Counted from the stretch's first letter, positions 12,420 to 25,900 are shown. The stretch is 64,000 nucleotides of DNA from Eledone cirrhosa (GCA_964016885.1 OZ024740.1:100688001-100752000), one strand, 5' to 3'. Program-made: numbers and translations. The notes: a model not told the origin generated them from the sequence alone.

Positions 12420-14300
12420 AAATCCTTGATAGTTGCATGAATATAAAAAAAGGATAAAAGCAAAATTAAGTAATGAGAAAATGGGGAAGGGGTAAAGAAT
12501 GGCAGATCTGGCTGTATAGAAATGTAGAGGAAAGGACTATAAAAGCCATAAATGAGAGGAAAAGGGAGGGGGGTAGCAAACACTATAGTGTCAAAGAAAA
12601 GGAGGGGGAAGGAGAGAATGCGATGGGATCTGGGTGAAAGGCGTGGCAGTGTTTTGGCTGCACTATGCAGACAAACCTGCAAAAGCATTTCCACGGACAA
12701 TGATTAGCAACACCCACTGCAAAAACCACCCTACCTCCTTCCTCAAATAGGCTGCTGACATTCCGAGCTTATAGAGGAGCTCAGCAGTATGAGGATGCCT
12801 GATGTCTTGATGGCAACTGGTCCAAAGAGAAAGTGGCCGGACAACCCTCAGTATTTGTTTGTCTTCTTTTCCCTTGCATTTTGGACCGAAATACTGAGGT
12901 ATGTGGCTGAAGTGACTAAGTTTGAGGTGGAGAATGTGTCACAGCATGTGGCATCCCAGATGAGGGATCTATCTCCTTTGAATGAGAAGAGGGTAATTCC
13001 TTCGAGGTGCTTGCTGTCTCCACGGTTGAGGCCTGTTTGCTCCGGTTGCGATAAGAAGCCAGCTGCATCCAGGCTCTTCCTCCTCAATATGTCATTGAGA
13101 GCAACATGTCACTGGAACCGGCCTGCACTCTGATGATATGACAGTGGGCTCAGGACAAATTAGTCAATGACATCCCCATAATGGCATCTATGTGGCTCAC
13201 ACACATGGAGGCCGAGGCATTGTGCCCAACTGATGTGAGGGCAGTAGTCATCAAGAAGGGTACCAGTTCACGAGGAGAGACCTGAATTGAGAAGCAAATC
13301 AGAGGCAAGCAAGGTGGTGTTGGTCCATGCCAGACTCAATCCACCTGAAAGAGGACCTGCACTTGATGTCGTCCCAGTTGCATTGGATATTTGTTTACTG
13401 GGGGACAGAGAAACCTTCACTTGTCCAGTTGGCCAAAGCCTGCTCGATCTCTGGGGCCATATCAGATTTGGCTGTCTTACTGAGGATCTCACTGATGAGA
13501 ATGTGACTGGAGGAGATTTAGGAAAGGTAAGCCAGTATTGACAGAGGCCGATGCCATCAAATCTCATTCGTACTTCGCCTGTTGCCAGCCACCAGTGTCA
13601 AAACTGACATTGCAGATGAGTTCTGCACAGTGTCGGATGGTTCACTGAGATGATCTGCATGGGGGTGATAAGGTGAACTATGGAGCGTGAACAAGAATTT
13701 GGGAAGGGTGAAGCAGTTTCATAATAGGAAGAGCAACAGGTGAGCGTCAATGAGTTGCAGTGTCTTTAGGCTTTAGCCAAACCCCTGACAAAACAGGATG
13801 CATGCTGAGTATGGTGTCACAGAAAATCAGTCTTTCTGTAGCTAACATTTATCACGTCGGACTTGAATGTGTTAATCTCAAGTCTGAGGAACTTTAGAAC
13901 TGGGATGATTAGCCAAAGCTCCTTAACTACCACCTCAGCCAAGCTACTCAGTGTTGCATCATCCAGGTATCAAACATTGAAGGGTGACCGGACTGAGCTG
14001 GCAACATCATTGACTGCCACGACAAAGAGGAGCTGGTTGAGTGGGTCTACTTGCTGGACACCTGCAGCAGAAGGAACCCTGTTGCACATGAGTAAGCTAG
14101 GTCTTCCATATAAGAGGTGAACATGAGGGTAACTGGAGGGGGCTTGTTTGAGACACATCTCTAGGATGTGATTGTGCATGATGCTGTTGTAGGCATTGGT
14201 CATATCCAGCTTCACAAGGAGGTGCATGCCTAACGAAATGTCTGCCTGCAAGAGCTGCCCAAGGCAGGAAATTGCCTCCAGGGCCTCATTTGTGTCGGAC
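12420..14300 (-). mobile_element. Decayed CRE-clade (RLE) non-LTR retrotransposon
   Basis: RT: LVKLDMTNAYNS...GVQQVDPLNQLLF...V*YLDDATL. C-terminal RLE region: KHLEGITLFSFKGDRSLIWDATCCDTF...AREKKTNKY (PD-(D/E)xK-type). The tract is richer in GC than its flanks. Confidence 0.8.
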
Positions 14301-17300
14301 AGATTTGGGTCCCCGTTGTGCTGGGCACCTGTGGCGTCAATGTGGATAGGCATCGTGTGCAGTGTGTGTAATTTTCTTGATTTCAAAATGTTATGTACCA
14401 TTTATAATGGTCAGTATAACATGTCACAGGTACCTTGATTTATCAACCAGTAGGAATGTAAATAAACCTATTGTTAAATGTAATCCTGTAATTTTGTTTA
14501 TCATGGTCTAAATTTATAATCCTCTGTCAGTTTATATGTTATGGGCATAAGAGGAATCTAATGTTTTGGAACTGACATTTCATCTGAGACAGTGAGAGAG
14601 TGGCTGAGATAGAAATACTTTTATTTCAACAATGTGGCTATATTTGTGGTTGCGGTTGTTTAACCCAGGTTAGCCTTAATTTAGGAGATAGCGATTAAAT
14701 GCCTTACAGCTATAACAATCTCACCTTACTCAAGCACAGTGTATATATGACTAGCCTGTCAAATATATCTCTTTGGTTTTTTTAAGATGGTAGAATGTGA
14801 TTTAGGTATTTGTGGCAGATTTGGTAGCTATTTCTAGCAGGTTGTGCTAGTTTATAGTAGTTTCCTTATTGGCTTGTCAAATGTCTAATAGTACTTGCAT
14901 ATTCAGCATATGTAAGATATGAAGCATTCAACATATTGATTTTGGTGAAAGATCAGCATTTGATTATAATCAAATAATTGTTATAGTTGTAATTTTTTCG
15001 TCCTTTCTTCAGTATGAGACAAATTTAAGAATTTGAAACATAAAATAACCTTTTTCAAAGTCACCTAAGTTTATTAGGTTACCAGGAAGAGAACAACGTT
15101 GATGTAGTGGTAATATGGCTGTTGTATATTTGTACTTTTTGAAAAGACTAAAAGAAAATCTTAAGTCCAATTGGTTTAGTGCCAAACATTACTTTAGACA
15201 AACTTTCAACTAAACTGGTATAATATGTAGATATATATAGAGGGACATATAGATAGATACATAGATAGATATAAAGTGAATGAAGAAAAAGGGACAGTGG
15301 AAAGCTTGAAAAAAAGCCTATGCCAACACTAAATGGAATCATACAATTTAAAGAGAAATGGTAGGAAAATTTGTTACTGCAAAGCAAATCTGACAAAATC
15401 CGCCAAAATAAATAAATTATTATATAAAAAATAAAAATTAAGAAATAACCTGCACCAGCTGCAAAATAAAAAAAAATGAATAAACAGACATAAATGAAGT
15501 AAAATATACAAATTAAAAAAGAGGGGGAAAAGCAGATTGATTTATTGTGCGTTTATATTTGTTCAGAAAGTAGAACGCATGATATAGTTAGGCGATAAAC
15601 ATATAGGCATCAATCAAACTACTCTTTCAGCAGGTCTGGCTGTTTAGATTTCTTTTAAGATTAATGTAAATGTCAGATTCACTGACCATGTTATATTATT
15701 TATGTTTCTAGTTATGTTCCATTAGACATATTAGACAATCCATAAACAACATGACTGTACTTTAGAAATTATAGAAAGCATGTAAAGATAGAAAACAAAT
15801 AAAAGAAACAAAAAATTTGAACATAGCAACAAATACTACTACAACAATGACAAAAAACAACTCCACAATCATTTCAATTTCAGATATTTAGTATTATTTT
15901 GTTTGTGTGATAGGTTCTCTCTCTCTATATATATATATAAATACATATCCATATATGAGAATATATATATAGACATATGCATATATATGTGTGAGTGTGT
16001 GTAGGTAGGTAAGTATGAATGAATGTACAGCAAAATGCACAACTTTGCAGAAAAGAAGTTTGTCTGCATAAACCAATTACAATATAAGCTTGTACCTTTT
16101 TCAAAATTAGTGACTGATTTGTTGATTTAATTTTGATTGGGATTCTTGTATATTTTTTAAATATATGGCTTATATGCTTAACAGTTATAATGTACCGTAA
16201 ATCATTCATGCATTTATGTTTTTGTATATTTATTCATTTGGAGTATGTTTTACGATTCAGGAAGTATGATTTATATATTTTTATTTATATATATTTACGA
16301 TATATGCGTCACACACGATACTAGTCGACAAAGTTTTTTCCACCTAACTTGATGTAAAACTTCAATTATAACATTACTAACAATGATTGTACTTATTATT
16401 TATTATATGTATATCGATCACTAATATCTGGAATACTCTATTTATATTTGAACAAATCTGTATATCTAGTATAATAACATGCTTCTAATTACATTTATAA
16501 GTACTTTAGATATTTTATTGACTTTCTAGTGTTATAATCGTTAAATATTTTCTAAATATTTTCTAAATTATATAACGATTATTATTTTATTTTAATTAAA
16601 ATTCGAGTTACCTTCGGGTCAATGAAATCCTTAGGTTTTCTCTTTCTCGAGTTTGCAGACACATTATACAATTATATAAATTAAAAAAAAAATGTTTCTT
16701 GTATTTTTAAACTATATAGCTTGGATTGTGGGCATTTTTAAGATCGCAAACAATTCACTTTTTTACTTTGAATCTGGTTCTTATCCTTATGATTCATGAA
16801 GTTTGACTTTTATATTTATAGTATATATGTATTACATGACCCTATTATAATAATTGATCTAAAACCTTAATTTTTAACAATATTATCAGTAACTTATATA
16901 TATAATGCGAATTATCTTAAATATAATATAAATAATTAAAAATAATATGATAAAATTTAATAAGAATTACCTTCGTGAGGATGAAAATACCATGTCTTCT
17001 TTCTCATGTTTGCAAATAGTTTAAATATGATTTCATAAAATATGATTTTATAAATTAAATATGATAGTATACTTTAATATTAATACAGATATTTATAAAC
17101 TTTTATAGCCTGAAATATTATACACTTTGATTAATCCATTACTCTGAACTAACTTAAATGATTTGAAAGTTAACGGTCAACCGGATACGTTTGGATAGTA
17201 TATATAACTAATTAATTAAGGACTGGAAATTAACCTTCATATAATTACACCCAGTTATATTTAGGACTTAGATTGATGAATACTTCTAGATAATTCGATA

Positions 17301-17379
17301 ATTCAAAGATTTGAGTTTACTCTTTCGCAAAGCTATGCCCAAATGTATAGTTATGTATAGATATATATAATTCATCCCT

Positions 17380-17830
17380 CCATATAATTATTCCTCTTTG
17401 TCTCTCTGTCCTTGATCAATTCTCTTTTGCTCTCTATACCTCTACTAGCTATATTATCCCCTCATCTGTTTTCTCTCTGTTTTTCTTTTTTTCTTTCCTC
17501 TTTCTTCAATAATTTAAATTTTTTGAATCTCTAACAGTTATGTAAATTGCCTTTATGTATTTTTAAGCTTTCTCACATGCACCCTCTTTATTATATGTAT
17601 TATATGTAAGTATTTTCATGTCTCAATCTTAAGGTATATAAATATTGAGTTTTGTCATATCTTACTCACTACCATGACTGGATCTTAACCATCTACTATG
17701 TCAGGGTATGTCATGCATCATCTTATTTTATCTGATGAGGACGTACTATTGAAGTTAGCTCAGTACCTCTGAAATATGTATAATAAAATATACTTGATCA
17801 CAAGAAGTTCTATTTTTGTTAATATTCTGA
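17380..17830 (+). mobile_element. Penelope-like 3' tail / pseudo-LTR remnant
   Basis: A pyrimidine tract followed by CTCACTACC and TCTACT..GGTATGT motifs upstream of a hammerhead, colinear with the minus-strand tail of the element at 50.6-51 kb. Confidence 0.5.
17724..17790 (+). ncRNA. Type I hammerhead ribozyme (minimal stem III)
   Basis: Perfect 8-bp stem I TATTTTAT/ATAAAATA, CTGATGA at 17732-38, stem II GGAcGTACT/AGTACcTCT, GAAA at 17771-74, then TATGTA-TA. Predicted cleavage is after 17782. Confidence 0.8.
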
Positions 17831-17834
17831 ATTA

Positions 17835-17842
17835 ATATATAT

Positions 17843-17884
<42 letters not shown>

Positions 17885-17976
17885 CATATATACATACATA
17901 TACATATACATATACACACACATACATGCACACACATACATATATACACACACACATACATGCACCCAGACATACA

Positions 17977-18064
<88 letters not shown>

Positions 18065-18090
18065 TGTGTGTATGTATGTATGTATGTATT
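17835..18090. repeat. Compound (TA)n/(CA)n microsatellite
   Basis: Visible directly; it generates the HT/CV/IY ORFs. Confidence 0.95.
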
Positions 18091-18711
18091 TATAATGATG
18101 ATGTGATATGTTGTGCTATCGAAGCAATCTCTACAACACATTCCAATTGGCAACAGAATCGCTCCAAAAGATGGTATCTATCTATCTAACAGTAACAATT
18201 ATTTCAACCCCAAGTAAAACCTTCTAATTTCTCATATTTAGCATATTAAATCTTGTAACAAAATATGATAACAATTATTGCAAAAATACAACATTTGTGC
18301 TTTTGCCTATAGTATGAAGAGAACTGCAAGAAAAAGAAAATAATAAATAAATTGATTAATAATAATAATGATAATAACATCAATAATAATAATAATTATT
18401 ATTATAATAATAATGTTTGGGGAAACTGCTTTGAATTGTAGAATGCTGTGTGAAATAACTGATTATCTTATATATACATCTTTGACTAAATTAATTGCTA
18501 GTCTACTGCAAAAGGTTATGTAATTATATAGATTTCCTGAACTTACTGGGATCGAGAACAAATTAATCCTAAACATGATAGACACACCTGATACCTGTTT
18601 ATAGAATTATGGAATTATAGAATTATGATTTCATAACTAGGTATGAGGCATCCAGATTATATAGAAAAGAATAAATAAGATGTTATGAAATCATGTAATA
18701 TATGATAGTTA

Positions 18712-18911
18712 NNNNNNNNNNNNNNNNNNNNNNNNNNNNNNNNNNNNNNNNNNNNNNNNNNNNNNNNNNNNNNNNNNNNNNNNNNNNNNNNNNNNNNNNN
18801 NNNNNNNNNNNNNNNNNNNNNNNNNNNNNNNNNNNNNNNNNNNNNNNNNNNNNNNNNNNNNNNNNNNNNNNNNNNNNNNNNNNNNNNNNNNNNNNNNNNN
18901 NNNNNNNNNNN
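18712..18911. other. Assembly gap (200 N)
   Basis: Run of N. Confidence 1.
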
Positions 18912-21900
18912 ACCAGAAGAAATGGTAGGAGACAATTGCCCAAAGTATTAAACATTAGGATTGAAGAGATATCTACGATTTAGCAAAGCAAACCTTCTAT
19001 CCATGCTTACACCCCAATCATTGCATATAATGTATAATTTTCAAATATGGAGACGTATTTTCTAAGTGGGGAAATTAAAGCAGATTTTATGGGAAGATGC
19101 TGCATGTTGCAATTGAAATTCAGTGAATAAATTAGATTTTCCTAGAACTTATCCCCAACCCCACCCACATCATCACATATTCTGCCAAATTATAGAATCA
19201 TAGTAACAATACCTTATTATCAGTCAGCATCAGGTCATTGATCAAATACAAAACTGAAAGCAGGTTTTTATTTGATCGATCAATCATTAATGTCTTTTCT
19301 CATGGTAACATGATTTTGCTGACTAATATAGCATTCATTAAAATTTAGAACAAGCGGCGTAGATGTCAACCTCCCAGCAAAAGAAACTTATGGGTATGTA
19401 TCTCAACATCTATTGGCCAACCACTGAACACCTCTAGATTCAAATCTCTAGCTGTAGATTAGATTTAAACATGTGATATCAACTGAATTGTGAAATGAAG
19501 AAAATACTAGAAATATGTATAATATTTATTGCTGTTTAAACCCAGCTCAGTGCTGATCAGGCTGATTTATTACAATCTCTAACCCAAACACAAAGCCAGC
19601 AATTTGTACACAGAGAAAGCCAATTGAATTAAGGAAAGTGCTTGACTGGTACTTTATTTTATTGACCTAGAAAAATGAAAGACAAAGTTAACAGCATAAT
19701 TTGAACTTAGAACTTAGAGAGCTAGAACAAATAACATTTGGCATGTTCTCCAACACTTTACCAATTCTGAAAATCCACTACTCTGAACAGATATATAACA
19801 GGAAAATGTTCTGTCATGACCATCACATCTTTTATTCAAACATAGGGCAGTTCAGACTACATTAGCCAATGTTTACTTACTTTTGTAAGATGGTAGAGTG
19901 TAAAATAGTTTTGCAGCAGATTAAATGTACATCACACTTTATATAAGAATTAAGTTTATATAGTTTGCTTATATTTAACTCTGTGCCTGAACTCACACTT
20001 GGTCATCAAGGTGTCATATGACAGATATTTCTTTTCCTTGATGCACACCAATTTATTTCAAGTTTCTTCAATAAGAGGATTTTATCTCAGTTACTCAAAC
20101 TGACAACCAAGTCTTCAAATATAACATGTTTACACCAGTAACCTGTACCTATTACAATTCTTGTTGACATGCTATCCAGCCAAAATCTCATTTCTGCATT
20201 TACTAAAGTTTCTGCCCCTGTCAACTAATCAGTGCTACATACCTAGTCACTCACACTGTGAGTTAAAATTCAATGTTAGTAGTATTTCATTTTGATGGGT
20301 GTATCTAGTTTAGAATAGGTACACTGTATATCTGTATATCATTTGAGGCAACTGAAATGGTCAATGCAAAGAAGGGCCTCTATCCCTGACACCTTAGCTC
20401 ATGAGCATGAAGAAGTGTATCATGTGGCCTGCAAGGCTTAGCAGGAATAATGTCCATGACGTTTCATTGCTTTTTATTGTTGTTGTTTAACCACAAAGCA
20501 GCTCTAATTGACAAGATCTAGCATGACCACCTTGCCTTTTTATTCTGAAACAGCATATGTAGGAGTATAATATCTAATATTTTCTACTGTGTTTCAAATG
20601 ATAGGGCATATAAATTGAGGGTTGTTTCCATGAAGACAAGTGATCAAATAAAGGCCTCACTCATTAACTCTTTTTTATTTTTCTTAGAAAACTTAATTCT
20701 CCGCAGTTTCCATTTACCAATTTGCAGAAGAGCTTTGTTTTTAGGTTCTGCCTAATATTACACGAACTGGCGTGGAGTGAGACCCTCACTGAGGAATTTT
20801 TTATTTGCAAATGAATAAAAAATGATGATGATGATGATTCCATTAAAAACAATGCTGGTGGCAACAATGATAATGACAACTATGGTGATGATTATGATGA
20901 CAGCAAGAAATATGATAATCTTCATGATGACAATGGCAATGTCAATGATGACACTTAAGTAAAGTTTAATAAGAACCAAGGCATTACTTTACATTAAATT
21001 TCTCACATTCTAAAACTCCTTGCACATTTCTCATGTCGCAGATATCTGGGGCAGAATTTCTGAGTGAATCTTGCTTTAATCCTTTCATGATCATCTTTTT
21101 AATGAAATATATTATACTATTTTGATTAATTAATTTGGAGAGATTTACTAAAGTTAATTATTTTAATGCTAAAATTATATTTGTAAAACAACATAAAAGA
21201 TTCTGATGTCAAATAATGCTGGAAGATGTAAGTTTAAATAGGAATTTTTTTAAATGGATGTTTATGTTTCATAGAGCCAGAGGTGGTTTGGGTTGGGTTG
21301 GTATTGTAAGAATTAAGAGGGTTAGCAAAAGTTTTGCAACCATAAAGAGAATGTCTTTGGAATGCAGTTCTGTGAATAACATGGGAGATTATCTAAGATT
21401 TTGTTTTTGGTTATTCAATCGAGAAGGAGAAGACAGTGTTCATGAATATTTTCAGCACTCTGAGACAGGTGGGTGGGAAGGAAGAAGGGATCTTCAAATC
21501 AAAAATCTATTCTGAATACCTGTAACAAAATAAACTCTGCTAAAGGAACACAGGGGCCTGATGACAGTGTTTAACCAGACAATGGATTCATTTGGTCACC
21601 CAATTAACCACAACAGGATTTGTATTTGTAATGCAAATAGCCAAAACAACTACTGAAAGACATTTTAGCAGATACTCTGAGAGTTCTGGCATCTACTGCC
21701 CAGGATTGGTATATTATTTTAACAACTTATTTCTGCTACAGAAAGCAACTGCATGGAGGCTTCCAGTTTTTACCCTTGTTGTAATGGTGAAAGAGGTGGA
21801 TTTGAGAAGGATAGTTTTAAAAGAAGTTGTGTGTGTATCCATGAGTGCTTGTGTATTTAAATCAAAACATGCTTTCATAATTTTGTGTAAAAGTATTTTA

Positions 21901-21912
21901 ATACGATAAGTT

Positions 21913-23655
21913 ATCATCATCATCATCATCATCGTTTAACGTCCGTGTTCCACGCTTACATGGGTTTGGATGGGGGTTTTCCCACTTGAGGCAAGAGTGA
22001 TTGTCTTGCTCGCATAGGACTGTCTGGCGGGTTTTCTACAGCTGGATGCCCTTCCTAACACCAACCACATTTACAGTGTGGGGCTGGGAGGTTTTTACCG
22101 TGTTGCCTACACGGCCACATTACAGCATGGACTGTCTGGCGGGTTTTCTACAGCTGGATGCCCTTCCTAACACCAACCACATTTACAGTGTGGGCTGGGA
22201 GGTTTTTACCGTGTTGCCTACACGGCCACATTACAGCGTGGACTGTGTGTTTTTGTCGTGACACCTACACGATCTCATTTGTTTCGGCCTGGATGTTGGA
22301 TGTTGTGGCATCAACATAACTTTACATTGAAAGGGGCGGTGTGGATGGGGTGGGTGTGGTGGGACGGGGGTGTATTTTGTTAGAGATGCCTACTGACTGT
22401 AGTAGGTTTTACTTTGTATTTAGGTAAGGCGGGTCTTCTCTATTACTGAGTACCGCCAAAGGTCTCGGTCCAGTGACATTGTCTTGGAGAGGTGTAAGTG
22501 TGTGAGGTCGGAATTTATCAGCTCGTCCCTGGTTTTTCTGGGTCTGCCTACTCCGTAGTTACCGTCTATCTTTATTGCCCTGCACTTTGTTATACAGCTG
22601 TCGTCTTTCATGCGCATCACGTGACCATACCAATGTAGACTTCTCTCGAGTAAACAACATCTGATCCCTCTTATTTCTAATTTTTTCCTTAGTTCGCTTA
22701 TGCTTTGCCGTTCACGTATGTTAGTATTACACATCCAGCGGAGCATGCAAGCTTCATTCCTCTCTAGTCTGCGTATATCCTCTGCACACAATGCCCAGGT
22801 CTCACTGCCATGCAACATTGCTGTTCGTATGCAGGCATCATACAACCTGCCTTTCATTTTTAGGGAGAACCCTTTAGTGGTTATTAGTGGTATAAGCTTT
22901 CTGAACTTTTTCCATCCAGTTCTGACTCTAGCTACTGTACTTTCAGAGCACCCTCCCCCACTGCTGATTTTGTCACCCAGGTAACGGAAGCTGTCCACTA
23001 TTTCTATAGAACCCTCTGTGCAATTGAAAGAGCTAGTATTTTGTGGGCACTTGCTGCTACTTATTGCACCAGAGCACCGGCCACATGTAAAATGTATGTT
23101 CTTAGTTAGCTTACCTTTGATCCCACTACATCTTTTATGCACCCATACTTTGCATTTGGGACATAAAATGGAGTTTCTACCTACGCCTTTCCTACACACT
23201 GAGCATGGCCATTTCCCGGAAGGGACCGTCGCCTTATTTTCTTTCCTACAAACTAAAACTTTAGTCTTAGCCAGGTTAATTTTAAGCCCTTTTGATTCTA
23301 GACCATGCTTCCATGTTTGGAATTTCTTCTCTAGCTCGGCCATTGATTCAGCTATGAGCGTTAGATCATCTGCGTATAGGAGTTCCCATGGGCAGCCGGT
23401 CTTGAACTCCACTGTTATAGCCTGAAGGGCAATAATAAATAGTAGGGGGCTAAGTACAGAGCCCTGATGTACACCAACTTTTACACTAAACTCTTCACTA
23501 TATTCGTTGTTTATTCTAACCTTGCTGACTGTTTCTTTATACATGGCTTGTATAGCTCTCACAAGCCATTCGTCAACACCTAGTTTTCTAAGAGCCCACC
23601 AGATAATGGAACGGGGGACTCTGTCGAAGGCTTTCTCCAAGTCAACAAAAGCTAA
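21913..23655 (-). mobile_element. 5'-truncated RTE-clade LINE with a ~500-bp 3' extension and (GAT)n tail
   Basis: Open 406-aa RT ORF followed by a tail containing a 112-bp tandem duplication and the terminal GGACGTTAAACGATGATG. Confidence 0.93.
22420..23652 (-). CDS. RTE ORF2 fragment: reverse transcriptase plus PHD-like C4HC3 finger (5'-truncated)
   Basis: AFVDLEKAFDRV, GVHQGSVLSPLLF, LYADD, FRYLG, YGHVMR. Cys cluster CSVC..CPKC..HKRC..CGRC. Confidence 0.9.
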   Translation of the reverse strand, partial: AFVDLEKAFDRVPRSIIWWALRKLGVDEWLVRAIQAMYKETVSKVRINNEYSEEFSVKVGVHQGSVLSPLLFIIALQAITVEFKTGCPWELLYADDLTLIAESMAELEKKFQTWKHGLESKGLKINLAKTKVLVCRKENKATVPSGKWPCSVCRKGVGRNSILCPKCKVWVHKRCSGIKGKLTKNIHFTCGRCSGAISSSKCPQNTSSFNCTEGSIEIVDSFRYLGDKISSGGGCSESTVARVRTGWKKFRKLIPLITTKGFSLKMKGRLYDACIRTAMLHGSETWALCAEDIRRLERNEACMLRWMCNTNIRERQSISELRKKLEIRGIRCCLLERSLHWYGHVMRMKDDSCITKCRAIKIDGNYGVGRPRKTRDELINSDLTHLHLSKTMSLDRDLWRYSVIEKTRLT

Positions 23656-25177
23656 TTATGTTCCAATAAAAAAGAAAATTGGATATTTTACTAAACTACT
23701 TCAACTTATTGTTTACTTTTAGAATTAATTGATGCATATAAACAATATATTTCATTAAAAATATAGCAATTAAAAGGATAAGGTTGTGAATTGGCAAGGT
23801 TAGAGCATTGATTTAAATGCTTTCTAATATTAATTCCAGTTCCCTGCACTCTAAGTTAAAATTCCACTGAGGTCAATTTTGCCTTTCACCTTTTTGAGTT
23901 GATAAATAAAGAACCATTCTATGGTGACTCTATGGTGATTAGCAGGATTATCAGTGTGTCAGTGAGGTTGCCTCGAGGTATCTGTTCCAGCTCTCTGTAT
24001 TCTAATTTCTAATCCTACCTCCTGTTTCCAAAACATAGTGACAGGATATGACTGGGGCTCCTGTCAGTAATACACCCAAGACATCTTTTGTAAGCTACAT
24101 TAGGAAGTTGGCTAAACCTATACAGGAATGAATGATAACAACAACATAGTAAGAGATTAAAAGCTAAGTAGAAAAGATAGGTAGACATACTCTATAGAAT
24201 TGGTGGAGACTTAGCAATTTCGTTACCATATTTTTATGGAAATATATTACCTATATTTTTTAATTAATTTTTAAAATAATTATGAACTTGAAGAGATTTA
24301 GGAAAATAATTTTGTCTTTATTTAGTTGATGCCTGGAATGAAATAAAATGTTACCCTAGAATCATAATGAACATTTTAGAATAGAAGGGTTTGTATCAGA
24401 ACTAGATTGGTAACTAAAGTGTTAAAAGGAAATAACCATGCTTCTCCATCTATGATAAAATCATATCTAATAATTTATAACAATGGTCCATATTTTTCAA
24501 CAATAAATAAACAAACAATACTTTCTCCTACTTCATTAATAGATTTTAGATATGTACTTAATTTTCATTTAAATTTCTGGATAACATCAAATTATGAAGT
24601 AGACTGAAAATTTACACATGGATTAAAAACTGGTCATGTTTGTTAAATTAATCAATGTAAAGTAATCAATGCAATTGAAAAAAAAAAAGAAAAATATATA
24701 TAACAAACACTTCACATATTTACTTTTGTTTTCAATTGTTGATTTAGTCTTCAATTACCAATAATGTCCAAAGAATTGTTTCTTCTATAGTTTCCAAACT
24801 GAATAAATAATATAACATATCTCTCTATTTATCTCTTTCTCTGTTTATACACATTTACACACACATACACATATGCCTACATATACTTGGCCACATACAC
24901 CTGCATATATAAATATAAACTTATATATAAATATACATATATATATATAATGTGCGTGTGTGTGTGTGTTAGATATCTATGTATGTAGTTTGGTTTGTGA
25001 GAATGTTTATTGTTGGAACAACTGTTTTTTTTACACCTCAATGCCCTTCCTATAACTAACCACTCAACCGAGAAGTAGAAATGAAGATATTTTATTTAGT
25101 TCAATCAGGCAAACTGGAGCAAGCAGAGATAGGCGACTTGCTGGGCACTAAACTATATGTGTGTGGATATAGATATA

Positions 25178-25900
25178 TCATCATCATCATTTAACGTCTG
25201 CTTTCCCTGCTAGCAAGGGTTGGAGAGGTCTACATAGATAGAGTCAGTACTTAATTGGGACTACTGACCTTGCAGAAAGGCCAGGGAATCTACATCTCAT
25301 GTTGTACTGAGTGTATAAAGGAGGTTGTCATGTCTTTTACACAACTGAAGGTTCCTCCCATTACTTTATTTGGTAAGGTGTCTATGGTTGGATGCCCTTC
25401 ATATCAAGCATTTTACAGCATGTACTTGGTGTGTTTATCATGTAGATCACCAGCCCATGGGAAGTTGTCATGCTGTGACACAACTGAAGGGTCCTCTCGA
25501 CCCTTTTTTAGGCATGGTTTCTACAGCAGGGTCACCAACAACTTTACAGGGTGTACCTGGTGCATTTTCATGGCACCCTGTGCTTGTGAGGTTGTTGGAC
25601 TTTGTCCCAATCTATGTGCCCTCTCTGCTTTATTCAGGGGTGAGCAATAAAAAAGAGATAAGTATGAAGTTGGGGCAAGTGTCGAGTGATTTTGCAGATT
25701 GGTGAGCATAGAATGGGAAGGGGTGACTCTTGATAACTTAGAGGTAGAGGATGCTGTGATGAGAACACTAAAGCAAAGATAGAGTTGGACGTGGGGGGGG
25801 GGAGGGGTCTATAGTACAGGGTTGGTGGGGGATGTCGCAACAGTACATGGAAGGGGAGGTGTAGTGATGGAGAAAATAGATAATGAATGATTGTAGGGTC
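25178..25900 (-). mobile_element. Degenerate RTE-tail / bipartite RTE-derived element
   Basis: (CAT)n-TTTAACGTCTGCTTTCCCTGCTAGCAAGGGTTGG terminus and a GGATGCCCTTC motif. Confidence 0.6.

Noticed and set aside
17670-17768. Minus-strand AG..GTGAGT exon candidate
   Set aside because: Stops occur in all frames; it is better explained as the antisense of the hammerhead/pLTR.
22700-23425. Plus-strand ORFs overlapping the RTE
   Set aside because: They are antisense shadows of the RTE ORF2.
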